Shown here in pieces: positions 27,501-35,951 of a stretch of DNA of 45,410 nucleotides. The stretch is taken from assembly GCA_964634065.1 (NCBI GenBank), contig CAZWID010000001.1, positions 1-45,410 on the forward strand, in the 5' to 3' direction. Under the pieces are notes generated by a model. The model was given only the letters and a program-made list of their open reading frames with translations. It did no database searches and was not told the origin of the DNA. Within the stretch, counting starts at the first letter, position 1, and each line of letters starts with the position of its first letter. Source of the DNA: an uncultured Oscillospiraceae bacterium (GTDB lineage Bacteria; Bacillota; Clostridia; Oscillospirales; Oscillospiraceae). Made by a program: the position numbers and the translations under genes.

Positions 27501-28025
27501 GCCGGAGTTGGATATGTACGAAGAAAAGACAATATATCCGCCGGAGCTGACCGCGGTTTTCATGGTGAACCAGTCCGTCCAGACATAGCCGCCCTTGGGG
27601 ATGGTAAACGAAGTACTGCCGTTGACTTTAACGCTCACGGCGGTGTTGCCGTAAATAGCCGTGGCATTACCTTCACCGGGCAGTGCCGCAGTCATCTTCT
27701 TGACATTCAGATCCTCCGCTCCGTAGTAGTTAGTGAGCTTGACTCTGAAGGTTGTTCCGCCTGCGGAAATCTGAATCCTGCTGCGGAAGGTCGAGTTTGT
27801 CGAGAAAAGACCGCTGCCGGTAAAGTATTTATCGACAAGTGCCTCTTTCGTCTGTTCGCCGTTCAGGTTCGTCATGGCAGTGTACCACGACGTTATAACG
27901 CCGGAATTTTCATAGCTCTTTGCCTCTGCCGTGCCGCCTATCGCCGTGAACGGTATGACCGTCAGCAGCGAAAGGAGCATAAGAAGGCTGAGGAAAAGCG
28001 AAAATCCCCTCTTTAATTTGCTCAT
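23244..28025 (-). CDS. giant secreted multidomain protein B (1593 aa; N-terminal SGNH/GDSL esterase, Big_2-like domains, shared C-terminal module)
   Basis: Start moved to ATG 28025 (SD GGAGGT upstream), giving signal peptide MSKLKRGFSLFLSLLMLLSLLTVIPFTAIGGTAEA. SGNH blocks VIGDS, GVND and DHIH. Big_2-like VSWTSDNEAVAKVDSDGNLVLGGQGGTANI. The last about 470 aa are identical to protein A. Confidence 0.9.
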   Translation of the reverse strand: MSKLKRGFSLFLSLLMLLSLLTVIPFTAIGGTAEAKSYENSGVITSWYTAMTNLNGEQTKEALVDKYFTGSGLFSTNSTFRSRIQISAGGTTFRVKLTNYYGAEDLNVKKMTAALPGEGNATAIYGNTAVSVKVNGSTSFTIPKGGYVWTDWFTMKTAVSSGGYIVFSSYISNSGEVRDAGLTGSISYCWRGDQMDNEEWTYGALGKLTKQDANTGDYNITPLLNCLEVKTTDSSAYSVMVIGDSTVTNYIPSLLQSKLRGENVTNVAVLGAGIKGNELLADGVGGDGPLEGDALLDRFDMDALSLSGVKKVFVKIGVNDIVHPNCSNLAQYFDGTPSAQEIINAYKQLISAAHAKGIEIYFFDITPWIGYTRGDTVTTDEATIAKMESVRLEVNAWLAENATDYIDGDYMTVDPIDGYSFGYIPVSDQLGTQRSGYENQYVLADAYTTDHIHYTVAGQNVVASSVPISIFKSVPTGDAANLQATVKNLYVATTATDGASYYFFGSDENLPAGSSDQQGNIVLMATDGSETSSPEGSGIGSSRRGAVYGNPIADFVLLQTTLQRGTQGAPYFAIASTTASDGVTVVPEADSYKAAFWQQTTATQSEIKWQNYKYSDLYLGYYFPALYTPDVYDTGVRKSVGLNGVSGGFSDWYSFNTISPLDSNTSYKSYIRYGSVFPGNSDRYLSFFYDVPNKNNWDDVVSGYSFRGIRYADHAHDGSDAGNLVTLYAAASADTFLKILDQSKEQTFYNGTAGTAVSFSYNVSDNMLNSPTMTSTGRNENILTDNAFASYGSFTGYTFGQNRSVSWTSDNEAVAKVDSDGNLVLGGQGGTANITMTLTWTELDGTTYTMSDTATVTNIIYSADICIDGYYPDAYSIDNFVANVTKDVSVTYSSVPLAALPAGGAWVWTSSDSSVFTVSGNGSDATLSLGSQSGTATLTAAYVKDGVTYCSDSVVITSVTAFVDIQIGSDTVDTETGAYPDYKLINGINPNDTLSLTAQPVGIGAADLDMASGSYAWTVVSDEADGATLGDATSRTAKLTFNGKDTSVTLKLSYTLGGKTYESYVTVIVKAGVSGSDTVLDFGLPVTIELVGNASGISASAPKTTLNTGISGSDEFKGAKSADTKYGTAVLNDDELTYTANKLLADKDSVYYSAKVDSGYKYAEVNIIPATSVYYEDSFVSYSGDWKAVYDDGKTDAAIAAIKQTAGEGVYGYDAAYGEYTNYSLGKAMSVTVAKGGNTATAQFTFTGTGFELYSATTASQGGFKVSVYDAQGKMVGMKQMISTRSADSYWQIPVFEETSLAYGTYTVKIEVAYSTALDLTAADGTRLGSVSFILDGIRVYNNKLNETYGDIYAADGEYNAQYIDVRDALISANSFNSANGSVSGAVYIDGRPAKNADGSYKVDSKGNLVVDHKITTSSVAEDYKNYGPKNEVYLATGQGIAFKLSNMSNVVGVHIGLKSADGKAVSVAVNGKTIGVNSSTEMYYAVTASDGKIVIVNNGTGIVSVTSVKVTYAKGTAQSASLIADTELCGYAAAQLSSIPAGEGYTYVEPTEPEDVLKSAPAGSIKIAATEKAIDASITIGKLVEGTIGGGK
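26660..27310 (-). other. SGNH/GDSL hydrolase catalytic domain within protein B
   Basis: Block I GDS is encoded at 27292..27300. Block III is GVNDIVHP. Block V DHIH is encoded at 26667..26678. Confidence 0.75.
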
Positions 28026-28095
28026 AGACAGGTACCTCCGAATGTAGATTGCCAAATAAAAGTCAAGCCGAAGTTAGGCTACTTTTACGATTAAC

Positions 28096-28124
28096 ATAAT
28101 ATCAAAAACATCTCCCTCTTTCAA
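28096..28124 (-). promoter_or_regulatory. candidate sigma-A promoter for giant gene B
   Basis: The minus strand reads TTGAAA (28124..28119), a 17-nt spacer, then TATTAT (28101..28096), about 70 nt upstream of ATG 28025. Confidence 0.4.
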
Positions 28125-28263
28125 GCTTTTTCTCCTTTATTTTTCAACTAATTTTCACTGTCCGGACATAAGCGTTTTAGGGTATTTTGCATAGTTTTAC
28201 ACTATATATAATAATTCGATGTCGGGAGCTTGGTTTCTTTAGTTTTTTAACACAAAAACTGTA

Positions 28264-28298
28264 TTAAAAAACCCTGTTCCGCAAAAGCGCGGAACGGG
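28264..28298 (-). terminator. rho-independent terminator
   Basis: The minus strand reads CCCGTTCCGCgcttttGCGGAACAGGG followed by TTTTTTAATAC. Stem 28272..28298. Confidence 0.6.
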
Positions 28299-28472
28299 TT
28301 CGATATTTTACATTATTCGGGCACCGATATCTCCTTTATCACGAAGGTATTACATTGAATTTGTGCTTTTTCATGCAAATACCGCAGCCGATGCATCTCT
28401 CGATCTCCTTGCGCATCGGTGCGGCATCATATCCTCCGCCTGTTTTTTGTTGCCGACCATCATTTCCGTGGC

Positions 28473-28508
28473 AATATAAGAATAAACTCCCACTTAAAGA
28501 AGTGAGAG
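28473..28508 (-). terminator. rho-independent terminator at the end of the polysaccharide locus
   Basis: The minus strand reads CTCTCACTT-cttt-AAGTGGGAG (9-bp stem with one G-U pair, 28487..28508) followed by TTTATTCTTATATT. Lies 13 nt after the wzx stop. Confidence 0.55.
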
Positions 28509-28521
28509 CTTTAAATCTTAT

Positions 28522-29982
28522 TCACTTTTTCTTTCTTTGCAGCAGTTCTTTAATTACTCCGAGCAGGTAGTCGAAGCTTTCGAAGTGCAGCAGCTTTGAG
28601 CCTGCGACATAAATGCAAACACCCAAGGGCACCTGAATCAGCAGCGTCAGCCAATTTGCAAGCTTTAGGAGCTGCACACAATACACGATACCCGCCATTG
28701 TACACGACAGCAGCATCGACGGCAGCATATCGGATATCTGCTGCCTGTAAGTGTAATCAAGCAATTTGCGGTTCGGTGCGGCATTGACGGCAAAGCTGAG
28801 GAGTGCAAAGGCAAGCATACTCACTGCCATAACAAACGGACCGAACCACATTGTCGCAAAGAGTATCGCAAAGCCGATGAGCTTTTTAATTATCTCAAGC
28901 TTCAAGTACACGTCGCTTTTGCCGAGTGCCTTTATCGCATTGAGGTTTGCGGTTTGCAGCGGCAGCATCGCATAGTAAATGCTGAAAACCACAAGATAGG
29001 GCACACTCGGCAGCCATGCATCCGACAGCAGCACCGAAACGAGCGGCGTCGCACAGGCGGCAATGCCCATCATCATGGGCCACATTATATACGAGCTTAT
29101 GCGTATTGACCTGCGTGTCATCGCTTTGACGGTCGCAACATCATCCTGTGCCGATGACATCGCGGGAAAGAGTGCGGTGTCTATGGCTGTATTGATATTG
29201 CACACGACGGTATTCGGTATCATGTAGCCTCTGTTGTAAAATGCAAGGCTTTTTGCTGAATACAGCTTACCTATGACGAGTTGGCGCAGGTTGTTGTATA
29301 TTGTATTGATTATCGAGGAAACAAGCAGCTTCCAACCGAAGGTAAACAGTCCCTTGAATCGGCTGAAGGAGAAAGCGAAATCCGGTCTCCATTTCACGAC
29401 AAACCACAGTATCACCGTATTCACAAAATTCGCAAACAGATTCTGTGCTACCAATGCCCATGCACCGAAGCCGCTGTACGCCATCCATATTCCCAGTATT
29501 GCCGAACCCACCGTACCGCCGATAGATGCGTAAAAGGATTTGTTGAACAGGAGATTTTTCGCAACATACGCATCCTGTACGTTCTTGATACCGGATATGA
29601 CGAGTGAAAGACTCAGGACTCGGACAAGAGGAACAAGCTCCGGCTTAGCGTAGAAGTCGGCTATTATCGGCGCGGCGAAGAACATGATGAAGTATGTAAT
29701 GATGCCGACCGCTATATTGAAGTAGAACACCGTCGAAAAATCGAGGTTGTCCGCATTCTTTTTCTGTATAAGCGCGTTGCCCAAGCCGCTGTCGACAAAT
29801 ACGGTCATTATTTCCATAAAGACCGTGAGTATCGCAACGGTGCCGAACACGACGGGATCGAGCAAGCGTGCAAGGATTATAGAGACGACAAAGGTGACGA
29901 TCTGAGCTCCGAATCTCGCCATAAAGATCCATGTGAGTCCCGATACCACCTTAGTCCTGTTGTTTTGTGCTTTGTTGTCCAT
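28522..29982 (-). CDS. wzx: polysaccharide flippase (Wzx, MOP superfamily)
   Basis: 486 aa and strongly polytopic (about 12-14 TM helices). Wzx-like N-terminus GLTWIFMARFGAQIVTFVVSIILARLL. Confidence 0.8.
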   Translation of the reverse strand: MDNKAQNNRTKVVSGLTWIFMARFGAQIVTFVVSIILARLLDPVVFGTVAILTVFMEIMTVFVDSGLGNALIQKKNADNLDFSTVFYFNIAVGIITYFIMFFAAPIIADFYAKPELVPLVRVLSLSLVISGIKNVQDAYVAKNLLFNKSFYASIGGTVGSAILGIWMAYSGFGAWALVAQNLFANFVNTVILWFVVKWRPDFAFSFSRFKGLFTFGWKLLVSSIINTIYNNLRQLVIGKLYSAKSLAFYNRGYMIPNTVVCNINTAIDTALFPAMSSAQDDVATVKAMTRRSIRISSYIMWPMMMGIAACATPLVSVLLSDAWLPSVPYLVVFSIYYAMLPLQTANLNAIKALGKSDVYLKLEIIKKLIGFAILFATMWFGPFVMAVSMLAFALLSFAVNAAPNRKLLDYTYRQQISDMLPSMLLSCTMAGIVYCVQLLKLANWLTLLIQVPLGVCIYVAGSKLLHFESFDYLLGVIKELLQRKKK

Positions 29983-30030
29983 CAGTCACTCCGTGAGCTA
30001 TGGTATTTATCTCGACTCATATATTTGTCA

Positions 30031-30835
30031 TTAGTCTTTATGACTGATATGTTTACGCAATTCTCGGTACTTTATCATATCCAGTAAACGTATTATGCGA
30101 AAATGCGAATAGAGATAAAAGCCAAATTTTCCATACTCTTTATACGCTCTTCTCATTCGCAAGTTGCCGTCACGAAGGCGTTTATCCCAGTGAGTCGATT
30201 CATAGTGATGAATACTATATGTTTTGTCTGTAATACTCAGCTTACCTGTTTTATAATGCATGGGGCAAAAGTATTCCATTGGATATATATATATATATAT
30301 ATATATTGTCTGCATTTCCGTAGGTAATAGTTTGCAATTTGTCTTCATCAACAAATCCATGCTCTTTCAAAAAGTCTGTTTGATATTTCACACACGGTGT
30401 CGTATTTAAACTTCCGTCATTATTAACAAAGGAAAGTCCATCATAACATTCAAGCATATCTCGGATTACCGGCATTTCGGCTTCTGCTCCAAATCCAAGC
30501 CCTGTATTAACCCCTCCGGTGCAACCGATTCCCATAAAAACGTTGTTCCCAAGCAAATCATCAATACTTTTTATAAGTTCAACATCGGTATCAAGATATA
30601 TTCCGCCATATTCATGAATAATATCGAGACGAGCATAGTCAGAAACAAACGCCCATTTTTTATTCTCGTATGCCTGCCTCATATATTCGTTTTTGCTAAT
30701 ATCGTAATTCGTCTCATCCCAACGCTTTATCTCGTAATCAGGGCAAAACTTTTTCCAACTTTCAATGCACTTTTTGCCTAAGTCACTCATTTCATTTCCA
30801 CCAAACCAACAATAGTGTATAATCTTAGGTATCAT
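30031..30835 (-). pseudogene. GT32-family (DXD, sugar-binding region) glycosyltransferase split into two frames at an internal (AT)12 tract
   Basis: N-part 30251..30835: MIPKIIHYCWFGG, YLDTDVE; ATG 30835 lies 8 nt after AAGGAGG. C-part 30031..30282 is in the +1 frame: PMEYFCPMHYKTGKLSITDKTYSIHHYESTHW. The two ORFs overlap exactly at the repeat. Confidence 0.8.
30283..30306. repeat. (AT)12 dinucleotide microsatellite inside the GT32 coding sequence
   Basis: Direct count gives 12 AT units flanked by gg and tgtc. It reads (IY)n in both frames. Confidence 0.95.
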
Positions 30836-30864
30836 GAACATTGCCTCCTTTAATCTATGTGATT

Positions 30865-32049
30865 TCAGTCTCTGCAATACAGGTCTCTTGTATAGAGCTT
30901 GTCCTTAACATCGTCCAATTTGTCGTCCGCTCTGTTGGCAACTATGACATCGGCTCTGCGTTTGAAGTCCTCAATATCGGAAATGACCTCCGTGCCCTCA
31001 AACTCGGAAGCGTTTAATGTCGGCTCATAAATGACAAGGTCGACGCCATTTGATTTGAGTCGGGATATAACGCCACGTATACTCGACTCTCTGAAATTAT
31101 CCGAATTTGCTTTCATCGTCAGTCTGTAAATACCGACCGTGCCGCCATCGGCTTTACGCTCTATCATTCTTGCGATATGATCCTTGCGTTCGTCGTTTGC
31201 GGCGACGGATGCACTGATTATCTTATTCGGAATATTGCCGTAGTTGGCGACAAGCTGCTTTGTATCCTTCGGCAGGCAGTATCCGCCGTAGCCGAAGGAC
31301 GGATTGTTATAGTGCGTACCTATCCTCGGGTCGAGGCAAACACCGTCGATTATCTGCTTTGTGTCAAGACCGTTGAGCTCACAGTAGGTGTCAAGCTCAT
31401 TGAAGTAGCTCACTCTCACCGCAAGGTATGTATTGGCAAAAAGCTTTATCGCTTCCGCTTCGGTTGCATTGGTAAAAAGCGTCGGCACATTTTCGTCCTT
31501 TGCCCCGTCGGTAAGCAGCTTTGCAAAGAGCCTTGCATCCGCTTCGGTAGCGGCACCGCCCTTCGGCAAGCCGACCACGATGCGGCTCGGGTGCAGATTG
31601 TCATACAACGCCTTGCCTTCACGGAGAAACTCCGGTGAAAACAAAAGCCTTTTGCAGCCGAATTTCCCTATGACGCTTTCGCTGTAGCCTACCGGAACGG
31701 TCGATTTTATAACGACCAACGCATTCGGATTCACCTTTTCCGCCGTTTTGAGCACCGACTCCACGGTCCGGGTATTGAAAATGTTGAGCTTGGGGTCATA
31801 GTCCGTCGGTGTGGCGATTATTATGAGCTCCGCATTTTTATACGCACCTTCCGCATCGGTAGTTGCGGTCAGTGAAATGGGCATATTGAGATATTCGCTT
31901 ATTTCCTTGTCAACTATCGGAGATATGCCCCTGTTTATCTTTTCGGCTTTTGCGGGAGTTGTCGTTACCGCGACAACGTCATTATGCTGTGCCAGCAAAA
32001 CGGCTTGGGCAAGTCCCACATATCCCACACCTGCAACAGTTATTCTCAT
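30865..32049 (-). CDS. ugd: UDP-glucose 6-dehydrogenase
   Basis: 394 aa. NAD fold MRITVAGVGYVGLAQAVLLA and catalytic region GYGGYCLPKD. Confidence 0.88.
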   Translation of the reverse strand: MRITVAGVGYVGLAQAVLLAQHNDVVAVTTTPAKAEKINRGISPIVDKEISEYLNMPISLTATTDAEGAYKNAELIIIATPTDYDPKLNIFNTRTVESVLKTAEKVNPNALVVIKSTVPVGYSESVIGKFGCKRLLFSPEFLREGKALYDNLHPSRIVVGLPKGGAATEADARLFAKLLTDGAKDENVPTLFTNATEAEAIKLFANTYLAVRVSYFNELDTYCELNGLDTKQIIDGVCLDPRIGTHYNNPSFGYGGYCLPKDTKQLVANYGNIPNKIISASVAANDERKDHIARMIERKADGGTVGIYRLTMKANSDNFRESSIRGVISRLKSNGVDLVIYEPTLNASEFEGTEVISDIEDFKRRADVIVANRADDKLDDVKDKLYTRDLYCRD

Positions 32050-32061
32050 ATTCTTACCTTC

Positions 32062-33309
32062 TCAGATAACCGTCGGATAGTCGTTTTTCTTACCTTCGGC
32101 ATAATCGAGGATCATTTTCGCCTCCATGCCGAAGCGTTTTTCGACGGTCATGAATTTGTCAATCGCCGTTTTATGGGCATTTGAACGTATTTTGTCGATT
32201 GTTTCCGCATCGTTTTGTAAGGCGATGAGCATTTCGGCAGCTTCCGCTTCCGTGTCGTAAACAAGGCAATTGACACCTTTATCGATAAATACGTCAACGG
32301 AATGATTGTTATTCGTCAAAACAAGGCTTCCCTCGCCCATTATCTCGTAGAAAATATTGACTCGGTTCCACTCCCCCGTCAGCAGACTCGCAAATGAGTT
32401 CCTCGCATACCTTCTGCAATCACCTTGAGATTTTCCGCCTACGAAGTGGACATATTCGCTCACTCCGTATTCCTCTGCGACCCTTAGCGTCTCATTGTAC
32501 ATGGTCTCGTCGTCAACGGTGCCGATAAGGTACAGATGCATCTTGCAACCTCGCTTATGCAGCTCTCCCAGTATCCTCGCACTGCGATCCTGCCGCTTCA
32601 CCTCGGCTATCCTGCCTATGTGCGACAGTGCCATCGGGTCAAATGCATCCGGATAGTTTGCTGAGTCTCCGGTATCCACAGGCGGCTGAGTATCGGGTAT
32701 CATTACCGCAGAACGCCAAAAGTAGAAATCGAATTTCTTCTTTTTAATGCCGAGGATGTCATACAGCTCATCGGCACGGCTACCGTCATTCGTCGCAAGA
32801 ATAAAGCTCTTTTTGCCGAGCATCGAGAGCGTTATATAGGTGTAGTCCTTCAGTGCCTTCCACCATCGTCTTATGCCCTTGGGCACGGTTTCGAGTACGT
32901 TTGCCATCTCCTGCGTACCGAACTGACGCAAGCCGCAGGGTATGCCGAGCTTTTCGGCGGCACGGACACCCATATGACTGCCCTCCGACATACCGTAAAC
33001 GAAATCGTAATGCCGCTTTTTCAGCAGCTTTTTCGTCTCTCTGTACATCAAAAAAGGCAGTTTAAGCTTAGACAAAAGCCCGTTTTTCTTAATCTTTATA
33101 TGTATCAGATTTTCCTTTTTGAAATGTTCGCTTTCTATAACGGTCTTATCCTGCGGCGAAAACAGAAGTATGTCCACCGTGTGTCCCTGTTCGATGAGTA
33201 TCTTGAACGGAAAATAAAATGCAGGCAAGCCCGATAGAGTTTCATCGTTCATCCCGCCGAGTATCGTCTCAACGGCAGGATTGTCAAACGCTATGTATAG
33301 TATTTTCAT
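32062..33309 (-). CDS. glycosyltransferase (GT-B fold, GT4-like; weak assignment)
   Basis: 415 aa. MKILYIAFDN N-terminus and a two-domain layout typical of group-1 glycosyltransferases, but the canonical EX7E region is not obvious by eye. Confidence 0.6.
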   Translation of the reverse strand: MKILYIAFDNPAVETILGGMNDETLSGLPAFYFPFKILIEQGHTVDILLFSPQDKTVIESEHFKKENLIHIKIKKNGLLSKLKLPFLMYRETKKLLKKRHYDFVYGMSEGSHMGVRAAEKLGIPCGLRQFGTQEMANVLETVPKGIRRWWKALKDYTYITLSMLGKKSFILATNDGSRADELYDILGIKKKKFDFYFWRSAVMIPDTQPPVDTGDSANYPDAFDPMALSHIGRIAEVKRQDRSARILGELHKRGCKMHLYLIGTVDDETMYNETLRVAEEYGVSEYVHFVGGKSQGDCRRYARNSFASLLTGEWNRVNIFYEIMGEGSLVLTNNNHSVDVFIDKGVNCLVYDTEAEAAEMLIALQNDAETIDKIRSNAHKTAIDKFMTVEKRFGMEAKMILDYAEGKKNDYPTVI

Positions 33310-33319
33310 GGTTAGCGTT

Positions 33320-34792
33320 TCACCTTTTGTTTAACCTATAATAAGTATAGTAGTCATCTTGAACTACTATCGTATAGTTTTCGAGAAGATTCAGCATTTC
33401 TCTATCATCCTCCCCGACATTTGTCACTATCCAAAGAGGCTCATCGTTTTTAACGTATTCGAGAAACTCTCCATACACGTTTCTTTGCTCGGTAGTCCAC
33501 CATTTTTGAAGCGTATAATATTTGTAGCATGGTGTGATATCGGCATTTACATAGAAATCCGCCAAAACTCCAAAGCCTATTACGGAGTTTCTTTCATCTT
33601 GCGGTATTATCTGCATACTTTCGTGCGTCTGATTATACTGTTGGTTTGAGATTCCCGATATGTATGTCTTGTATATAGGTGCTCCAACGCTGTATGCACT
33701 GAACAACGCAAAAATCGTTACTATCAAAGTTGCACTTATCGCAGCGATTTTTTTGCTCTTTACAAAGCTCAGAATATTCTTAACATCCGCATCGGGTAAT
33801 GCCACTGCGATTGCTATCGCAAAAAGAGGCGCACCCAAGGTAAAATAGTGCACGTAAACATTTGTGTACACCAACATGGCATAAGTCACTGCAGTTGCCG
33901 AAAGCAGTGAAAAGTACAATCTGCTCTTAGTTCGTTTCCCGGCTATTGCAAACACTGCTGTTGCAAAAACACCCGGTGCATACATTACAATATAAAACGG
34001 TAGCTCCGCAGAAAAAATTGCAGAATGAGTGCTTTCCTTTGCATAAATCAAATTGTACAAAAACGTCGCATAGAGCATATCGTAAAGGGCGTTATTGGCA
34101 TAGTAATACCAACATATCGGCAATGCAGCAACGGCAATACCCAATAGTCCGGCAAGCAGATTTGCTATAATATTTTTCCATTTCTTCGCTGCAATCAGTG
34201 CAATGCCTGTGCAGACAATAAGCACACACATCGTTATTGCGTTATTCAGCCTTAGAAACGCAAGGATGCCTATGATAATTCCGTAGGCAAAGGCAAGTAT
34301 TGGGGGATGCTCCGCTTTATTCGATTTAAGAAATAAGACTTCGCAATAAACCGCTATCAATATAAACGGCATACTGAGTTCTTCGGTTAGGTTGCCGTGC
34401 GAAAAGCAATAGAAAAAAACAGTTGCAAATCCGAGCAATGGCAAAAGTGGCTTTGCTTCAAAGCTTTTCACTATCTTTTCAAGCACAAGTATATCTATCC
34501 CAAAAAATATGCTCTGAAGAATACACACGCCTGTTCTACCACCCATGGCATATCCCAAAGCTTCAAGCCAAAACAGGACGGGTCCTTTGTGGTCAAACAG
34601 ATCCACGTAGCACATTTTTCCCTCAAGTATTCCTTTACCCGTCAGTATAAAAATTGACGAATCCAAGCAGTTGTAATGCGGGTACAGCGGACTCGTGCAG
34701 CCTGAAAAGACAAGCATTAGAGCAAATGCCGATAGCATCACTAAGAATATGTGCTTAACACTTTGCAATCTATTGCCGTTTAAACAGCTCAT
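33320..34792 (-). CDS. large polytopic membrane protein, GT-C (ArnT/PMT-like) glycosyltransferase or polymerase candidate
   Basis: Start moved to ATG 34792 (SD GGGAGAA 7 nt upstream), giving 490 aa. About 11-12 TM helices plus a soluble C-terminal domain of about 100 aa. Visibly lower GC than its neighbours. Confidence 0.6.
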   Translation of the reverse strand: MSCLNGNRLQSVKHIFLVMLSAFALMLVFSGCTSPLYPHYNCLDSSIFILTGKGILEGKMCYVDLFDHKGPVLFWLEALGYAMGGRTGVCILQSIFFGIDILVLEKIVKSFEAKPLLPLLGFATVFFYCFSHGNLTEELSMPFILIAVYCEVLFLKSNKAEHPPILAFAYGIIIGILAFLRLNNAITMCVLIVCTGIALIAAKKWKNIIANLLAGLLGIAVAALPICWYYYANNALYDMLYATFLYNLIYAKESTHSAIFSAELPFYIVMYAPGVFATAVFAIAGKRTKSRLYFSLLSATAVTYAMLVYTNVYVHYFTLGAPLFAIAIAVALPDADVKNILSFVKSKKIAAISATLIVTIFALFSAYSVGAPIYKTYISGISNQQYNQTHESMQIIPQDERNSVIGFGVLADFYVNADITPCYKYYTLQKWWTTEQRNVYGEFLEYVKNDEPLWIVTNVGEDDREMLNLLENYTIVVQDDYYTYYRLNKR

Positions 34793-35951
34793 CACTATTT
34801 CTCCCTTTTCGTTCATAGCAGTTGTAAATCGCAATTCCGAGAATAAGCGGAATATATATGTAATAGTCCAATCCTTCAAAAAAAGTTCTCGCAGTTGCGA
34901 AAACGCATAGTGCAAACGGCAGGCTCCCTCTTACTTTGGCAAGTGATGTTATAAAAATAAGTGCTACAAGAAATGTTCCTATAAGCCCGGTTGATACAAG
35001 ATATGCTGCATATACCAAATGTGCTCCAATCGTATCGCTGTGAAGCTCCTCGTACATAAAGCCGTTGCCGAATATTTTTCCGAAAGCATCACTACCAAGG
35101 AACATATTCCAAGCGTTTCTAATTCCTTCTTCACGTCCCGATGTTGAATCTCCGTCAATAAGGCGATTAAAATCGCTGTTTTTTATGGCAATATAGCCGA
35201 GTACTGCAGCAATTATAAGAACAACAACACCTATCAAGGCTTTCCACGGATTTTTAAGGTACAGATTATAAATATTCAACGCAAATATCGTTATAAGTGC
35301 AGCTATCGTACAAAGAAATGCACCTCTACACTGGCTGTAAATAAGTGCATAAGCTAAAAACAGGGTCATAACCCCATATATAACCTTATGTTTTCCACCC
35401 TTTATGATATATACAATTCCCAACACCGTACTCAAGCCGAAAACATAAGCGTTTTTATTTCTGTTTACGTGAATACCGTTGAAGATCAATTTGCCGTTTT
35501 GAGCCAAAGTAGGATCATCATACGCATTATATCGGAAGAATATGATTGCACAAAGCACTGCCGCAAAGAAGCAGCTCATCACAATAAAGTGAACTTCCCT
35601 TTCATTCCACTTAGTTCCCGTCGCAGTCCAAAACATAAGTAAATACAGTATCGCCGCACCGCCAATCATAAACTCGTCACTATTCCATGAATTGAGCAGC
35701 AGGACAATCACAAAATAGATTGCGGTTGTTAATGCTATATTTCGCATAGCAGAGCTTATCGTCCCGTAATTTAGCATACGAATCAAAAGCACCGCAATCA
35801 TGATAGGTCTGAAAACCTGTGTAACGATTTCCGGTACTCTGTTGTAAAATATTTGCGAAACGATGGTAAAAAACACCGCAGAAACAACCAAACACGATAT
35901 AGACAGTTTTTCGCTTTCATTGTATTCACTTGTCATACGCAAGTCATGCAT
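34770..35951 (-). CDS. O-antigen ligase/polymerase family membrane protein (Wzy-like)
   Basis: 393 aa with about 10 TM helices and a large periplasmic-type loop late in the protein, as in the Wzy_C family. Low GC. Confidence 0.65.
   Translation of the reverse strand: MHDLRMTSEYNESEKLSISCLVVSAVFFTIVSQIFYNRVPEIVTQVFRPIMIAVLLIRMLNYGTISSAMRNIALTTAIYFVIVLLLNSWNSDEFMIGGAAILYLLMFWTATGTKWNEREVHFIVMSCFFAAVLCAIIFFRYNAYDDPTLAQNGKLIFNGIHVNRNKNAYVFGLSTVLGIVYIIKGGKHKVIYGVMTLFLAYALIYSQCRGAFLCTIAALITIFALNIYNLYLKNPWKALIGVVVLIIAAVLGYIAIKNSDFNRLIDGDSTSGREEGIRNAWNMFLGSDAFGKIFGNGFMYEELHSDTIGAHLVYAAYLVSTGLIGTFLVALIFITSLAKVRGSLPFALCVFATARTFFEGLDYYIYIPLILGIAIYNCYERKGRNSDELFKRQ

Noticed and set aside
28339-28416. 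25-codon minus-strand mini-ORF MRKEIERCIGCGICMKKHKFNVIPS with a ferredoxin-like CxxCxxC, lying between two terminators.
   Set aside because: It is too short, has no correctly spaced SD, and the 4Fe-4S motif lacks its fourth Cys-Pro. It is most likely a relic fragment or chance. It would be worth a look only if RNA-seq shows a discrete transcript.
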